Assembly (NCBI GenBank): GCA_002633005.1
Contig: NMRA01000103.1
Location: 527,612 to 591,611, forward strand
Length of the DNA: 64,000 nt
Direction of reading: 5' to 3'
Origin: Phoronis australis
Lineage: Eukaryota > Animalia > Phoronida
The stretch's first letter is position 1. Each line of letters begins with the position of its first letter. The notes under the pieces were generated by a model. The model did no database searches. It was not told the origin of the DNA and saw only the letters and a program-made list of their open reading frames with translations. A program made the translations under genes and the position numbers. Of the stretch, positions 50,445-63,903 are shown one piece after another.

Positions 50445-51743
50445 AAATCAGTATTGTCTCAGTGCCTTTCAATAGTCTCACTAATGCAGATGGATATTTC
50501 AAAAAACATCTGACACTAAGAAAAAAATGAACATGAAAATCTACGTTCTCGTTATTTCGAAGTAATGCAGTTGGGAGTGTAACAAAAATTCCAATTTTAT
50601 TGAAGAAAATTTATTGGATTTTTGGCGTTTTGATGAAAAATAAGAACTGAAAGGACTTTTTACATAATTGGATAACAGTTTGTGAAAACGTAGTTTGTCG
50701 AAATCCATTGAAATCATAGTTACAATTGTATTTTCAAAGGCACTTTATCCGTGTTCGTTAATTATTGATATTGATCCGTTGTTTGCTATCTGTATACCTT
50801 TTTTGCTAAAATTTACTAAAAAGACATAATCGCGTGACCAACTTAGTGGCATAATGCTAAAAGTTCATAAATCAGTTAATTAATCAAATTTTAGAGGATT
50901 TCTTCTTTCAAAAAATATATAATTTTACCAAGTTAAAATCAATATTTTTAGATATTTGGCACCGATTTGTCAATAAAGTGCTACATAACCTAAGCAAAAT
51001 CAAACGACATTTATTTGTCTACGAAAATTTCGAAAACGAATGACAAAACTGTGAATATGGTGACTGGTAGCGAAGAATGACCGATTTGCATATATAAAAC
51101 GCTACTTGAACGAGAATGCATATTAGTTTACTAGTCTAAGTGATTAAACAATATTAACATAAAAAGTAAAAATAGCCAAAAAATTGATTGAGGTCGTTTT
51201 CTGCGTTCGACGCATCTTCGGGGAACCGAGGTCACAGCACCCTAGGGAATGTGAAATGTGTCACAAAAATTAGCGTGTAATGGTTGTAAACGCCTAACGA
51301 TGACATTACTACTTAAAGATAATTTGCCCCGCTTCATTTTAGTTATAAACTTCATAAGCACATTTCAACGCAAGTCATTTCCGACGAAAATTAAACAAAT
51401 CTTTACAAATTTGACTGAATTGCATGTCTTAATTTTGGTTGTAGGCTACACCACCACCTAAAATGGCCGCCGTTGTGAGTAGCAGGCGACTCGTGCATTA
51501 TGGGTATTCATTAATGCTGCCATACCGTACGTAATGTGGTGCCGAGGAATTCCGCCCAATTTTTTCAAAAAAAATAAAAAGGATATGTCCCGTCTATTAA
51601 ATCAGCTAAGGTAAAATGGCGGGTCCGTCCCCAGATTACAAACTGACTAAACTCGGTTTTGCCCTATTAACAGGTGTCAAAAGGGCTCTCCCATCCCATT
51701 CTCTGAAACAAAAAATGCTCTGCAACCCTCGACAACCCTAAAT

Positions 51744-51833
51744 CATGGGCGGCGCACCATAGGGGACTGGGTCGCTTTAGGACCCCCCTCCCCCACACAC
51801 ACACACACTTATTTCAGTGCTGAGCCGCCCATG
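51744..51833. mobile_element. 90-bp MITE nested in an interspersed repeat
   Basis: TIR CATGGGCGGC / GCCGCCCATG, flanks TAAAT/TAAAA. Absent from the homologous repeat at ~575. Confidence 0.75.
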
Positions 51834-53669
51834 TAAAAAGTTTGGAAGAAAAATGAAAACTACTTTAAAGTTCATTATACGGGCAAGCGTGACCTACGCT
51901 TTTAGCGAATTACTCGGCAACAGTGGAGAAAGCATGGGCGATGCAGCACTGAGATAAGTATGGGCTATAGCCCCCAGGCGCCGTCTATGGTAAGTCTGTC
52001 CACCAAGAACCATAATAGCCAATCCGTGATATAGTGAGTATGAGTTTTTTTGCTGATTCCTGCATTTATCTTTCAAATGTTGACGCCAATGCATTAGCGG
52101 GAGACAGGACGAAGATGGGTTGAAATAATTAAAACAGGGTTTAGTATCCTTTTTAAGTACCGCGCATATTGCCTTTGTGTGCGTATCTTTGGAAAATGCG
52201 GCGCTTTGTAGGGACGTACAACCACTAGTGCTGGGAGCGGTATAGTCTGGAGCAGGGTCTCTTCGGCTTCATTAAGCATAATTAACTTTTTTGCATTTAT
52301 AGCCTTTAGCTGTTGCATCATTACAAATATTCTTTCAAGTGGGAGGTGTCATGGATTGTAGCAGAATTGGTCGTCTCCTTCCCTGTTCTTCTAAAGGGAT
52401 ATTGCATCAGGTTAAAGATTCTCATTCCGTTACATTCACAGCACGTGATTAGTTTCGTCAGTCCGAACATATATGTGTTGAATGGGCATTGTTTACTCTT
52501 GAGTTTCGATTGAATTAACTTGCGTTAAAATCCGTCTGGAACGAGATAAACCGACTAGATTGCAATATTGAAAGTGGTTCTCTGCCACGGAAACATAATT
52601 CATCCTGATCACCAGGTATTTAGGGTTTGTTGGTAAAGACTTTTAATTTCTGTTGATATCAAAGCATTTTCTTTTAGTTTCAAATTTCAAAAAAAAATAC
52701 AATTTGGCAACTGCTCGCCACTTCGTCCATTTTCTCTCAGGAGGCAAATCACGTCTCCGTATTTGGTATGGCGAAGCGTCGACGTAGTACATTTCCCTTA
52801 TATGGAAAATTTTACCTTTGATCTCTAGCGATTTCAAGCAACTGACTATAGGCGCACGTATGCATCTATCATAAGTGGGAGGGAGATTAGAAACTCTGTG
52901 GTAACCACAGAGTTTTTACCTCTCGCGTATATCAAAAATCATGAATTTGGTGATTTGTTTCAGGAAATTTCCTCACAGGGAAACTGAATTACTCTGTACT
53001 AGACATTTTGAGATGGTACTATCGTCAGGAATTGTTTGAAAGATATTTTTGACGAGTTTCCGCGTTCTATGCCTTTTTAAATTAAAATGAATCAGAAAGA
53101 ATAAGATACCTTTAATACCCTCAAAAGCATGCGATGACAATTGGAATGGGGTGCTCGTCATGTATAGAATTTTTTAAAAACACTCACATTTCAACAATCA
53201 TTCTATTCGGGGCAGTTTGTCTCTCCAGAGTTCCTCCACTCATAGTTTGCGCTTAAATTTTATACACAATAAAGGCGATGGAACAAATTGCCTGAACAGG
53301 ACAAGAAGATGTTGTGGTGATCCGAGTGAAAAACTTTCAGTACCCATGGTAACAACTTTTCTTGAAAGTGACTAAATGTTTAAACTTCATCCATTTGATT
53401 CTTGGCCACCTGAATGTGACTCATAAGTGTTTGTTTGCGATTCTTTTGTGCACATCTGTACCTGACTGTAAATAATCATCCTCAAATAATATGTTTACTT
53501 TATTGGTAACTGTCCTTTCTGCAATGTTGATTTTGTTGTTTCTACCCAAAACCTGGTGTCAAATAAAGTAAGTGAGTGCGGGACTTCGTTTCTTGCTCAA
53601 GTTGCTTGGCATTCTTGCTTTCTTGCCAACGTAAATGTACTACTACACAACGATAGGTAGCGCTAGGTG

Positions 53670-53767
53670 CATTGGCAATATGGCGTCTGTCATTGCACGC
53701 ATTCACGTTGGACGCATTGATTAAACGACTGTGCTGAAGTGTGCCAGCGAAACTGGTTGGTACACAG
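53670..53767 (+). promoter_or_regulatory. Probable TSS region and non-coding first exon of the zinc-finger gene
   Basis: AATATGGCG (YY1-like) motif, a 14-codon uORF at 53680-53724 and donor CAG|GTATAT at 53767/8. A second candidate core, CACGTG plus ACTTCCGG, lies at ~54301-54314. Confidence 0.45.
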
Positions 53768-54834
53768 GTATATTAGCTGAGGATTTGTAAATGGCGTTAG
53801 TTTTGGCATTAAGTTCACTATGTATTATCGTTACAGCATTAAGTTTCGTCGGTTCAGGGTTTCTCTTGTGCAACAACGTGATCACTGTGATTTCTTAATT
53901 CACGGGTTCTCCGTCAGACATTCCCACCCCTAAACTGCCGAATGGAATCTGAGGATTTAAAGGGGGGAGGCATGGCCCCCTTGCCCTTGGCCCCCGTTTA
54001 AATCAGCCTCTGTATCCAACCAGTGCCATGTAAGTATGGTGTGGTGCACTGGTATTCTCTCAGTCATTGTTCATTTCATTTCTCCCCATTGGTTGGTCCA
54101 CAGGCACCAAGAAAGTTGAAAGGATCCATAATGGGCCTAACCCCGAAACCGGCTGGTGTACGTTCAGTAATGCTAGGACCTAGCTAAAATCTAGCCAACA
54201 TCACGTATTCGTGGCAATATCTCATGTAGTCTGGCAAAATCTTGATTTTTAGCGAGGTCCTAGCGTTAATAAACGGGATGTCGGTTTTGTCCTGATGTAG
54301 CACGTGACTTCCGGTTGTGGCGTATAGGCAGATGACGCTGTTGTAAATCGCTTGCCAAGCATCAATTGCCTCTTGACTGAGTGGTATTTGACGCTTGGGT
54401 TCCACACGAGCAACCTGGTTTCAAGCCCTGGAGTCACCAAAATTTTCTACAGGCCTATTAACAGATATTAAAAACAACATTTTCATCCAGTCCTTGGTAA
54501 CAAAATATTGCTTTGTAACCTTCGTCAAAGCTCAAAAGTTAGGAGCAAAATTTGAATACTATAGGTCAAGGAATAACACCAAAAATTCTTTAATTTGCTG
54601 ATTCAGATATCATTCAGCTGCTTTACAGCTTTCAATCTCTGTGCCTGAGATATTTTTTCCCTTCAAAGCTCTTCAATATATTGTATATTATTTGCAAAGT
54701 GATCCGAACTTACGTGATCTGGAACATATGCATTGGTTTTTGTGAACTCGTTCTGTGTGCACTTTTGAGACTTCAAAGTGTCTGTCACCCCCCCTAAGCC
54801 ACGCAGTTCTCTTTTTCAGGTTGTGAAGCTTAAA

Positions 54835-57800
54835 ATGAGTCACGCTAACTACTGGTAAGGAGTATTCTGTGTACAAACTTTTTAGTATTGATGTAGAAAT
54901 GACTATGTTGGCGTTCTGACTAATGCAGCATGCGTTTTAACTGATGATAAGTTTGTTAAAGTGTGTTAGTACAGCTATTTCTTGCTTTTCAAAAGCTAAC
55001 TATTGTCCTTTTATTTCTAACGGCTATGTGGGTATTTTTTGTTCTCGGCTTGGTTGTTTTACACTGGAATATTAAAGTGATTAGGTGATGTTCTATTTCA
55101 GGATCTTGAAATACTTGGAGAGTTGCCCTGCTTCTAAACAAGTGTTTGTCATCACTAACGTTTACGATGCGTATTCCGTGTACTGTCGAAAGACTAAAGC
55201 CGAGCCTTTGCCACCAGGACTATTTGAGCATCGCGTGTGTTGCTTGCTTGATTGTCAGTCCAAATTATTTCCAAGTGGATCAAGTACCTTGTCCTGCTAT
55301 GTGGGTATTGCCTGGCGAGACCACCAGAAGGATAAACCCTTGAAAGGAGTTAAACAGCTTTCGAAATTTCTTCGAACTTCCAGCGACACTTTGCCTAGTG
55401 TGCGTGTCATCGGTGCAAGCTCGAGGCTTTTGTACGCTCAACTGAATATGCAGGGCATGGATACATGGGCTGATATCAAGATTGGGAAAGACCGGGTGGA
55501 CATGTATGTTAAAAAGGTCAAAATCAGCTTGGAAAGGCTTGACTTTCCAAGTAACCTGGCGTGGACAGATGCCAATCTGGTGACGCTGACGAGGTTTATC
55601 AGACGGTTTGTACTACGCTAAGATAGTAATTTCATTGAGCTTGAATAACCATTACCGGCAAGATTAACATGGCAACACCTTTCAAACATTTTGGCCAAGA
55701 TTATTGAAGCTTTTTGGGCCTACCTTATTCATGGTGTGGCTCTAAGCTCACATAACTCTGCTAGCATTCTGGCAGACAGGTTTTCATTATGACAGTGCCT
55801 AAATGTCAAAATAGACACTCTGACTCAAATTGTGACACCCCATCTAGAACACCCTGTTCGGCATTTGGATGCCCAACCAAAGCAACTGTGTAAGCATGGG
55901 TTTCTCTGTCCAAAACGAGAGAAGTGGTTTTCAATACATTATTGGTCATGGGTGTGACAACCTGAGAAATTAAACCCACTTTTGGCATCCTATTTTGAAA
56001 ACCTGGATGAACCCCTGGTGGCAGACCTCTGTTTAAGCCCATTAAGAGCTTCTGCACTGGGCATAAGCAGGACAAGAGTTCTTTTTATTTCGTGAATATT
56101 AAGAAAACAAGTTTTGCTTGGTGACGTAATTCAGCCTATTAATTACATCATGGAAACCAACCCCCCCCCCGCCATTTTTGGATGAACAGGCAATTCATTT
56201 AAGATTTTGGGAAAACAAAATGTATTAAGCACCCACGTATTGATATGTAGGTGTATAAGGCGTCCTCTCTGTATGCCGTACACTGCTGTATCATGTAAAT
56301 ACTTTGCGGGATCTTAATGAGATTTTGCAGTTGACAATGAATTTCTGGCCAATCTGCTCTGCCCCTTGGTGCCAATTTTGTTTTTGTGTTTGCTTAGAAT
56401 TATGAGGTCTGTGGTGGATTTTCATGAAATTTGGTTTCTATTGGACGGACTTAACATGTTTTGCGCCACCTGGTGTCCATTTGAATTTTTTTGAGTATGT
56501 TTTTGTCATTAGCCTCTCTGTCCATTAAACAACGGAAAGGTTCATTATGAACACTGGCAGATTTGTTCCTGATGAGATGAGAAGTGACATTGGTTTTTGG
56601 ACGGGTGTTGCTGTTCTTGTGCCTCTAGTAGCAATTTTGTTTTGTTATTTGCAGCCATAGCTGTATCAACTCTTTCGAGGATGTTTTTGAAATTTGGCAG
56701 TTATGTAATATTAACAGATTCAAACTTGTTTTTCTTGCACTACGGTGCATTCGTAGGACGTTTCCATTTAGTGCCAGGTAATTCTCTTAAAAAGTTAATT
56801 GCCAACATTTTCATTTCCGTTTATCTGAAGGCTGATTCACTCTATTGTAAACAATGTAAACTACCAAAATATTGTTTCTGATAACTCTGCTGTAAACAGT
56901 GTAAACTTAACCAAAATGTTGTTTTTGATAACTGTGCTGTAAACAATGTAAACTTAACCAAAATGTCTTTTGATAACTGTGCTGTAAACAGTGTAAACTT
57001 AAGCAAAATGCTGTTTTTGATAATTGTGCTGTAAACAATGTAAACTTAACCAAAATGTTTTTTGATAACTGCGCTGTAAACAGTGTAAACTTAAGCAAAA
57101 TGCTGTTTTTGATAATTGTGCTGTAAACAATGTAAACTTCACCAAAATGTTGTTTTATGAAATCAACACAATAGAAACTATGCTAGTAATAGATTGAATT
57201 TTTCTGGAATCTTGTAATATTTTCGTGGAGGAATTTGACATAAATGAATTTCAATTGTTGCTAAATTAGTGAAGAATTAATGTACACTAGTTTTCAAAAC
57301 AATTTAGCAAAATTTATGTCGTCGAAAATCACGACTTGTTTTCAAATCTCTATCATACAGAATGTACATTTGTCTTGGCATTAGGTAGAGAATAATAACA
57401 AAATAGCAAACAAGTGAATGTATTGTGTTCTTTCTGTGGCCAAAAATATGTTCTCAGCAGATACAACTTTGCGGTAAAATTCACCGTAGGACACCATTGG
57501 GCAGACAAATGAAATTTCATCTTCTCGTTTTTATTTTTTGACAAAACATAAGTACTACTAAATGAACACATCTATTAATATTTTTAAAAATTGTTGGCTC
57601 TCGATGTTAAGAAAGCGTAAGAAATCTACTTTGGCAATTGTTTTCTCCAAAATCATTGAGAAGTTACCCTAGAGTTGTGTTGTTTTTTTTGTGTTTCTGT
57701 AGGCTGAGACTGTGTGAAGGTGTACCTGATCACGAGGTCATCTCTGGCGCTTCTAATGTGACTGTTGAAGAAATAGGAGGTTCTAAAAAGGTCCGCAGTA

Positions 57801-60800
57801 TTTTTTGCGAATATGTCCTTCCGTTGATGCACTCTGGCTCCCTCTGTCTGATGTGCAGGGAGTTACCAAGCTCCTTGGACGAGAACGGGCAGCAACATAA
57901 TACCATGAATGGTGTGAGTCATACTTCCAGCTTAGTGTGTAGAATTCAATCAATGCCGAAAACATTGTATTGTTGGGTATCGTGAAACAACATGCATGGC
58001 ATGGAAAGCAACCATGCGCGACTGTTCAATTTATGGCCAACTGCCTCTCAGGCCATTTCAAATTACTGATACCGGTACCAGCGTAATTCTTGTTCTATTT
58101 AGTTCGCATTATGCCGAAAAATTGGAATAATTTCATTTTCCAAATTTTCTACTGAAAAATGAATACTAATTACAAATTACTCATTATTTTAAGCATATCT
58201 TGTACTATTCAGTTGTCATAACACAGCATTTTCCGTAACATGCAGCCTTTTAATCACTTTTTGACTAGATGACAATTTTGTCATTTTTTTGTTGTGGGAA
58301 ATAATTGATGAAGTGACCTATGGATTAGCAGGTCATAGATCTCTAGCTGGTTCCAAGGTATGTGATCTTCAGGGAACTTGTAGGACCAATGTTACTTTTA
58401 AGTGAAATTTAACCTCATTACTTACTGCCTAAAATCCAGTTAAACTACGAACCAGGTTACTCAACTTGATAAAATCTTTTGTTGCCATGATGGAGTGAAA
58501 ATGATTTCCATCACTACGTAATCATTAAAGGCAGCAACAAACCACTATGAATGTGTTGGTCTGCCATTTTGGAGCAGGATAGCTTCTGATCAGTTGCAGG
58601 TGAACTTTTTTTTGTGGAATAGAAACCAAACTTACCATCGGGGCTAGAAAAATGTTTAGACCCTTTTGTCTGAGTTTGCCTGCGTATTTTGTAATTCTAG
58701 TTTATTAGGCTGTGAGAAGGAGGAAGTGCCCCTTTAAATGAAACACCTGGGTGGACCTATTGTCCCCATTGTTGTGGCCATGCACAAAAATGCAACAGTT
58801 TTTAGTATTTTGTGTATCAGTGTCAGCATCAATTCACTATTCAAACTTATTAAAAATTCACAGACCACTTAGACTAGTAGCGAATGCTGCTTCAGGAAGA
58901 TATTGTCACGTGGGTCGTGTGTTGCAGAACTGCAACATGGTACATATCTTTATTAGAAAGTAAGAAAATAAATTTCACTTGTGCACCATGGTGTATTTTA
59001 CATTGGCAAGACTTTACTGTAACTTCAATTGGGTAGCCACATTTTGTTTTCAAAATAAAAATGACAATGTCGCATAGTAACTTAAGTTTGATGTGCATTG
59101 AGTACATTGAGAATTCTTGCTTAATTTTGTCAGAATTGCCACTGCATTTTTTGCCTGTTTTTTTTTGAATTCTGTCTATCTGAGTTTTTCTGAAATAACG
59201 TTGAATCTGTATCCAACCGAAGTTTGACAACAGCGCCATCTCTCGACAAAAGCGCCATCTCATTGCCAAGTAATTTTAATCTTCACTGCGACAAAATTTG
59301 TCAAGAGTTCTGCTACAATCTGCCACTGTATTGCTTCATCTGTTAGTCCAAGTGTTGTGTAATACATGTTTTGTTTGTGCATTTCATACAGCTTCCACAA
59401 ACGTCTGGATTGATGACACCGAAGAGTGGCCTTAACGAGAACAGCCAGTTGACGTTCAGTCGTACTGTGCTCGACTATGTTTCCACGTTAGAGACCAACA
59501 GTGCAACTGCAGCAAGTACATGTATCTCACGTATAGAGACTATTGTTAGGTGCAAACCAACTGGTAAGTGGCTACCACGTTCAACAAAATTTAGGTTAGG
59601 CCGAAAGCAGGTTAGTTGGTTCTGGTCTGCGTTTTGACAGTGCAGTTCTTTCATAAGTAGTGGTTTCAAGGCTAACTGAGAGGAGGCAGTGTGGCCTGGT
59701 TGATAAGTGCCCGCTTTCTTTACTCGAGGTCGTGAGTTCAAGTCCCACCAGGTCACACTGCTAAACCCTTGAGCCTGGTTTCTAGCTCCTCAGCTCGGTT
59801 TTAACCATATATCAATAAAGCATAAAATATTTCCAGGTGATCAGTGCAATGGGCCTGCGAGGCCTGCGCACGTCTGGTACAACGTGTATCAGGCCGCCTG
59901 CAATTATCTTTTGTATATTAAGGCTAACTGAAAATTGTTCTCCTGCCATTTAAGAGTGTTTATGAAAATGATCAGTGTCATTCTTCATCAGATATGCTTT
60001 CTTTTATTAATTTATGTGTGTCTATTGAGAGCACGTCAAATTCGCTACAATAACAAAGAACATGTTTTGCGAGTCTTGCGTGATCCTATATCGTTGCCTC
60101 GGCCTCGACTGATAATGTTGAGGAAGCTTCGCTTTTGACTATTCCCACTTGCAGGTTAACTACCGGAGTTAACCTTTCCCACTTTAATACCGAAACTACA
60201 GTAAAAGTGAAGTTTCGCCTCTAATCAGGGCTTGGAATTTTCCGCGGAAACACGGATTTCCACTTTTTTCAAATGTTCTATCCGCGCATTTTATTATATT
60301 TCCGCTTAAATAATTTGATTTGATATAAAATTTCCGCGGCAAGTTCCTTTCTTACTGCGGCGTTGCAGACGACGTTCACCTCGAAAAGCGGAAGTTGCTC
60401 TTTATGTTTCGGAGGAACGTAAATTGTCAACATTGCCGGGGCATCTTGGATAGCGTGGTGGGAATTTCAATGGCGTCTCGTGTTATTGTAAACCGCGGCG
60501 ACAAATACTACGGCTCTGCAGCCAAAAATCTGTGGGTTGGGAGTTTGGGAGTGGACGGACGAGCTAAAAGGACGCAGACGCATGCCACTGATGGTGGTAA
60601 CGTTTTTTTTTAGTCCCGATTTTTGTCGGGGAAAGGTTCACATCGAACATTTCAAGGCTGTGTAGTGCGCATGATTTGGGTCGTAAAAGTTTCCGCGTTT
60701 TTTGTCATTGGTCATTCCAAGCCCTGTCTAATGAGAAAGCCAAATTTGGACAATTTTGCTGGGTCCTAAATAACTATAGAGGCACAGTTTGCACTGCAGT

Positions 60801-63517
60801 GTTTGTTGTGATCTGCTTAATTGACCTGAAACAAAAGCTACCGTACAAGTGGTCAATTAAGATAGTTTTCTACCATGACCACTAATTGTGTTAACAGCAA
60901 AAATTACGGGCAATAACAGCAAAATTCTAAGTACAGAATGGCTTAATCAACTTTCCTGTTCATTCCCCTTCATTCTCGTTCATGACGGAAGACTACGCTG
61001 ATGATGAATACGGCTTCCGCCCGGGCGTCAAGACGGGGAATTCTGGGTCATTTTGTCTGAATACTTTAGGCTTGTGCTGTGACTACAAAAACTCCCTCTG
61101 GTGTGCAGTGGAGGCCTTCCTTCCTGACACAATCGATTACAAAACTGAGGCGGTTGTAATTTAATGTTGTTGACCTCATTAACATCCCGATTATGATAAT
61201 GTTGTTGACCTCATTAACATCCCGGTTATTATAATGTTGTTGACCTCATTAACATCCCGATTATGACAATGTTGTTGACCTCATTAACATCCCGGTTATG
61301 ATAATGTTGTTGACCTCATTAACATCCCGATTATGATAATGTTGTTGACCTCATTAACATACCGGTTATGACAATGTTGTTGACCTCATTAACATCCCGA
61401 TTATGATAATGTTGTTGACCTCATTTACATCCCGATTATGATAATGTTGTTGACCTCATTAATATCCCGATTATGATAATGTTGTTGACCTCATTAACAT
61501 CCCAGTTATGATATTGTTGTTGACCTCATTAACATCCCGATTATGATAATGTTGTTGACCTCATTAACATCCCGATTATGATAATGTTGTTGACCTCATT
61601 AATAACATCCCAGTTATGATATTGTGTGCTGTTGTTGGTCTTAGTAACATCTTTGTGCAATGTTAACATCCTCATAAACACCGATCATTCAATTGTCGTT
61701 GGCCTCTACTCTGATCATTTCATCGTAAAATGTTTGACTTCATAAACATTTTAGTTTTCTAATCGTACATTGCTGCGTGCCATATTACCCCTCGGGCTGT
61801 CTTATATTTGCCATGTCTCTTGCTCCTGTTAAGCTTTTGTTGACAGACCTTTTAACTTCTGGTGTCTGTAGGTGCAAGCGGTTGTGATACTGAGGCTTTG
61901 AACTCTTCCAATTTACTTCAACTCTCCAATGGTGCAGATAGGGAAGGACGGAGTGTGACATCAGCAGATGGGAGTTTATCAGTGGTGCCAGAAGGTGGCA
62001 GCATTTGCAAGGCCTGTTCTGTATCCAACATTTCCCAAGCAGAAGTTGACCAACAGCAAGCTGACTTCAAAAAGACAATTTTTGTCTGTTCAGGCTGTGG
62101 AAAATATTTTCGCAGGGAGGGTAACCTGACTGAACATATCCGCTTGTTCACTAGGACATGCCGTTTGTGTCAGGAGTCGTTCTGTTCTATACTGGGTTTG
62201 CTGCAACATATGATGTCCCACGTTGATTATAAACAGTATGAGTGTGGCATATGCCGTTGTGAATGCCAAACACGAGAACAATTTTTCGAGCATCTGTCAT
62301 TGCATCGCTGGGCCAATCCTTTCAGGTGTGTTGTGTGTAAGGTATCGTATACAAACAGAGCCACGTTTTTCTCTCACATAGTATCACATGCCGGTCAGGA
62401 ACCGTTGCTGAAATGTAGGCAATGTGAGACACCTTTTGGTAGTGCCGCGCATCTCTGTGACCATCTGTTGGCTGAACAGACTGAAGGTCCATGTATTTGT
62501 GGAATTTGTGGTAAATTCCACAATTCCGTGGAGACATTAGAGCAGGAACGTGTACAACGAGTTGGAGGGAAATTCATTTGTGACACATGCGGAAAAGTAT
62601 ATTGGTCCAAAACAGGTCTGAAGCAACATATGGCGACACATGGTGGAGAAAAGCGATATCAATGTTCAAGATGTGGCCAAAGCACTAAAAGCTTTAAACT
62701 GTACAAAATTCATTTGAAAAAGCATGGACGTGAATTTAAGTGCTCTGTGTGTAAGAAACGGTTTCTATCGAAACCCTACCTTATGAACCACATGAGAACA
62801 CATACTGGGGAGAAACCATACAAATGTAGTGTTTGCACCAAGTCTTTCACTGGCAAGGATTACCTCGACAAACATGTTAGGACCCACACTGGTGAGAGGC
62901 CGTATAAATGTAAGGTGTGTTGCAAAACGTTCATTCAACGATATGCACGCGATATGCATGCGAAATTTTTGCACGCTAGTGAGAATGGAATCTTGGGTGC
63001 TGTTGCAACACATGACCACGTGTGCACTGTCTGTGGGCGAACATTCCAGCGCAAGCGGAGTCTCCATTCCCACAAGAGGTTCCACAGAGCGGAGGAACCC
63101 TTTGTCTGTGCTTTGTGCGGGAAATCATTCAATTTTGCTCATCACCTGAAATTGCACATGAAGTCTCATAACCAGGTAGCTGTTCACAAGTGTTCGTCTT
63201 GCGACAAGGTGTTTAAATTGAAGAGTACTCTCATGGTTCATATGAGAGAGCACACTGGAGAACGACCGTACCTCTGTGCCATGTGCGGAAAGGCGTTCTG
63301 TGGTCAAGGTGCCCTGAACCTTCACATGGCTGGAAAGCACCTGAGCAGGAAGCAGGTTAAGTACACGTGTTCAGTCTGTGGCAAGTGTTTCCGAGGTAAA
63401 GACGCTTGTGAGGCTCACGAAAGGGAGCATAGTCAGTTACACGTGTTTAGCGAGGTACAAGTGGTTCAATCTAAATACCATGCTGGACACTCAAAGGGTT
63501 ATCCAGAAAAAGACTAA
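54835..63517 (+). CDS. RFX-like winged-helix + Cys-rich domain + C2H2 zinc-finger array protein, ~850 aa; exons 54835-54854, 55102-55605, 57703-57913, 59392-59563, 61872-63517
   Basis: All four introns are GT-AG with consistent phases (2,2,0,1), and the spliced length of 2553 nt is one open frame. The last exon has 13 canonical and 3 degenerate C2H2 fingers with HTGEKPY-type linkers. Confidence 0.85.
56843..57157. repeat. ~45-47-bp intronic minisatellite (~6.5 units)
   Basis: Unit CTGTAAACA(G/A)TGTAAACTTAA(C/G)CAAAATG...TTTGATAACTGTG. Confidence 0.95.
59684..59760 (+). mobile_element. tRNA-derived SINE head
   Basis: GGCAGTGTGGCCTGGTTGATAAG (A box) ... GGTCGTGAGTTCAAGTCCCACC (B box). Confidence 0.65.
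60226..60726 (+). mobile_element. Non-autonomous hAT-like MITE with 6-bp TSD, copy 2
   Basis: Same TIRs as 4386-4858, with TCTAAT duplicated on both sides. Confidence 0.9.
61163..61625. repeat. 35-bp intronic minisatellite (~13 units)
   Basis: Unit AATGTTGTTGACCTCATTAACATCCCGATTATGAT, highly homogeneous. Confidence 0.97.
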
Positions 63518-63705
63518 CTGTATCTCAGAGCTCGCAGTCTCTAAATAGACTAGGATGCCTTCGCTACCAAGGAAGAAATTTCTTTAGTAACTTTTTAGCA
63601 TTAATACAGCATCCATAATACTATATATTTTGCAAAACATTAAAATAATGTCCCGGCATTTCTTCTTTTGATTTTTTTCTGTAGTAGTATCTAGGTTTTT
63701 TATAC

Positions 63706-63903
63706 AGGCATCCATACAAAGTCTACACCAGTCATCCATACAAAATGTACACCAGGCATCCATACAAAGTGTACACCAGGCATTCATAAAAAGCGTACAC
63801 CAGACATCCATACAAAGTCTACTCCAGGCATCCATACAAAGTGTACACCAGACATCCATTACAAAATGTACACCAGACATCCATACAAAGTGTCCACCAG
63901 GCA
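63706..63903. repeat. 24-bp minisatellite (~8 units) downstream of the ZF stop codon
   Basis: Unit CAG(G/A)CATCCATACAAAGTGTACAC. Confidence 0.95.

Noticed and set aside
59684-59760. Functional tRNA gene
   Set aside because: A and B boxes are present but the acceptor and anticodon stems do not pair well, which fits a SINE head.
61163-61625. CRISPR-like 35-bp repeats
   Set aside because: The units are head-to-tail with no unique spacers, there are no cas genes, and the context is a eukaryotic intron.
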